Positions 61,316 to 64,000 of a stretch of 64,000 nt of DNA are shown here, piece by piece. Positions within the stretch are counted from its first letter, which is position 1. Each line of letters begins with the position of its first letter. Source of the stretch: Psammoneis japonica (Eukaryota); NCBI GenBank assembly GCA_008632985.1, contig QPGO01000240.1:1-64000 (forward strand), written 5' to 3'. A program made the position numbers and the translations under genes. The notes beneath the pieces are model-generated. The model had not been told where the DNA came from. It was given only the letters and a program-made list of their open reading frames with translations, and made no database searches.

Positions 61316-63306
61316 ATGAGAAAGAAAAATGAAGCCAATGCACGAATGATTGTCGGATGCGTCGGATTGGTCTCTTGCATGGTGAGAGAGGCTTCGGCTT
61401 TCACCGCCACAGACCCAAGAACTTTTGTTGGGAGAGCGATGCTGCCGGCACCCTGCCAGCGAACCACAGAGATGCGCCGGTCTTACATTGGCGCGAAGCC
61501 AACCCGCGAAGCTGTTGAGGAGGCAGTCGGACAAAGCGACAAAGTCAATCCAAACCCCCAGGATCATGGGGTGTTGCAAGGCTTGCCGCACAAGAGTCCT
61601 GCCGATTGCAGCAGCTGCGCCTGCCAAGTGCAAGACGAGAAGCTCCAAGCAAAGCTAGAGGTCTCACTGAGCCGCGTGCATGTCCTCTCTTCCTCATGGA
61701 AAAGGCAGCTGAGACATTGGGGGACCAGCTCCACATCCTTCGATTGGGAAAGTTGCCGTCAATGGTGCAATCGCGGAGACAAAGGAGAAGTTGGTTATTT
61801 TGGGCACCGGCTGGGGAGCTGCTGCCTTGCTGAGCGAGATCGACAATGATCGCTACGACATCATGGTTGTCAGTCCACGGAACTGCTTTTTGTTCACTCC
61901 CATGCTCGCAGGTGCCAGCGCAGGCACTGTGGACGTTCGCAGCATTGCCCAACCTATTCGAGAGGCCGTTGATTTGTTTGAAAAAGAACAGTGTTCTTTC
62001 CAGAACATTGATGCTCACTGCACACGCTCTTTGCCATTCTGTTTCTCCCAGTTCAATCGACAAGCCAACACTTGGAGGCAGCCGCATCCTCTGTCGACAC
62101 CGACACTCGAATTGTAAATTGCCAAGGGGTGCAATGCCACGAGGAATGCGAGATTACAGACATTGAAGTCAAGTGTGATCGGCTTGTGGTGGCGGTCGGA
62201 GCGAGTGCCAACACATTTGGCATCCCCGGTGTCGAGGAGCACTGCCTCTTCCTGAAGCAGATTGGTGATGCAAGGCACATTCGTCGCAAGATTGTCAGTT
62301 TGTTTGAAAGAGCGAATTTTCCCAGACAGTCGGAACAAGAGCGTCGCAAACTGTTGACCTTTGCCGTGATTGGTGCTGGTCCAACTGGCGTTGAATTCAC
62401 AGCGGAGCTTCGAGACTTTGTCAAACAAGATGGACCAAAGTGCTGTCCCCAGTCACTCAAAGACGTTCAAATCAAGGTCATTGAAGCAACACCAGTGATT
62501 CTGAGGCCATTTGATGAGAGCTTGCGAGAAACAGCAATGAACGTGCTTACTCGCGGCATCAACATTGAGGACCCAGCTCGCAGAAGTTTATTCCCAGATG
62601 AATTGACTGAGCTGGTCCTCAACAAGCCTGTCAAAGAAGTGACCACCGACACAATTGATCTTGCAGATGGCTCAGAAACACCTCATGGCTTGGCAGCATG
62701 GGCCGGCAGTGTCGGACCTTTGCCCATTGCACCAGACATTGTTGAGGCGGTTGGTGGCGGACAAGTTGAAGCACAAGAAACGGCTCGCGGAAAGCTTGCG
62801 GCAGATCCGTGGCTTCGAGCCGTGGATGGCAAAGGCAGCATCTTTGCATTGGGTGACTGCGCCTGCATGCAAATGGCTTGCTTGCCGAGCACCGCCCAAG
62901 TCGCTGCTCAAGAAGGCGAGTTCCTTGCTCACGTTTTGTCCAAGGCCAACCTCAGTGCAGAGCACAGTGACGAGGGTGTCATGTTGCCGCCCAAACGTGA
63001 CCCGGAGAAACCCATGAGCTCAATGGATGTGATTGCTTCCTTTGGCGTCCAGACGGATGAGTGCATGGCTCCGTTCCAGTTCCTCGACATGGGCATTTTG
63101 GCATGTGCTGGTGGCTTTTCAGCGCTTGCGCAGGTTCAGGTGACACCAGACGAAAAGACATGCGTCAAGGCCCTGGAACCGTTGGATTTGGTCCATGGAG
63201 AAGCGCGCATTTGATGAAACAAGCATCCATGAGGAATCGCGCTCTTGTGGCCATTGACTGGGTCAAGTCACGTCTCTTTGGGCGTGACATTGCCGCCATC
63301 GACTAG
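61316..63306 (+). pseudogene. Hypermutated copy of a plastid-targeted type II NAD(P)H dehydrogenase (NDH-2)
   Basis: Signal peptide plus ASAF motif (61391-61402). Motifs VILGTGWG, SPRNcFLFTPML, cDRLVVAVGA, TFGIPGV, VIGAGPTGVEF, FALGDCA, PSTAQVAAQEG, WRSAhL, LFGRDI. Probable intron about 61965-62051 with a GC donor, several frameshifts, and conserved Tyr replaced by Cys/His. Confidence 0.9.
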
Positions 63307-64000
63307 ATGCCGCAACTGCTGATTGCATCATGAAAGGAACAAGAAGAACGGCAGTTTTGTGTGACTTGCTTTTTTGGGGTGGTGCAGAAAGACAAGCGGC
63401 ACGGGATTGCCGTCGGCGATTTTCACCCATGTTTGCATGGAAATGTGTTTGGAATGAAGTGAAGCTTGCCACCAGGGAATAAGCAGCGGCTTTCAAGAGC
63501 AGTTTCATCAGTTGGACTTGTGCATGTTGTGCGCATGCGTGTCCGTGTCATGCAGAATGTAACCTTGTGCTGCACACACGAGAAAAGTTGGATGAAAAGA
63601 GAAAACGCAATGCAGCACACAGCGCTCGTGCACAGCAGGCCTTGAAAAGCTCCTGGATGGCCGATTGGGCCATGCTCCCGGGCGGCGCCAAATCGCTCAA
63701 ATCGCTTGAACAGCTCCAATCGTCACTTCAGCAGTGGGCTCCTGTTCGCCGCGATGTTCTCATGCAGCCGACCAGCTCCATCTGATTGCCAATGATGCAG
63801 AGCCATCTGATCAGGTCAAGCAACACATGTCCATTGAGACCACTCATTGCAAGTTCGCAAAGTCAACAGGACATGGAAATCCTTGGCGCAGCACTCCAGT
63901 CTCAGCAGCACAGCAGCATGCTTGTGCAACTCGCGGTGCATTTTCAAGATTGCAGCAAGAGCCTTGACTGTCCTTTGTGGTTCTTTTGAGCATGGAAGAA

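Noticed and set aside
61316..63306. Alternative genetic code or RNA editing as the explanation for Tyr->Cys/His
   Set aside because: Neighbouring genes use TAY for conserved Tyr normally. The TpA loss also covers non-coding DNA and all codon positions.

Overview
This is gene-dense eukaryotic nuclear DNA, most likely from a pennate diatom. That is an inference from short GT-AG introns (mostly 80-110 nt), an ASAF plastid-targeting motif, and diatom-type LRR/ankyrin and Pro/Ser/Thr-stalk proteins. About 22 protein-coding genes are present: a TRANK1-like IQ/RelE-like/UvrD helicase, a CTL-like transporter, a giant coiled-coil protein, ankyrin and LRR proteins, a CPA1 Na+/H+ antiporter, a bacterial-type PTS-EIIC-like protein, a 2OG-Fe(II) oxygenase, a MAK-like kinase, a PDZ-RGS-DENN protein, a GT11-like glycosyltransferase, a purple acid phosphatase, a RING-H2 ligase, an EamA transporter, a DEGRAM-type subtilase, a DysF-TRAF-ZF protein, a class I GATase and several hypotheticals. 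The standout signal is a set of sharply bounded blocks (about 12.6-15.77 kb, 25.25-26.57 kb, 58.4-64.0 kb and a small one at 3.95-4.32 kb) almost devoid of the dinucleotide TpA. One block holds a copy of a plastid type II NAD(P)H dehydrogenase gene. Most of its conserved Tyr codons, and several Val/Leu codons, read as if TpA had become TpG or CpA. This points to a region-targeted A-to-G hypermutation process that is the mirror image of fungal RIP. Many genes also carry single-base deletions in short homopolymers, probably assembly errors. A degenerate higher-order tandem repeat lies at 49.1-50.6 kb, and there is a 217-N gap.
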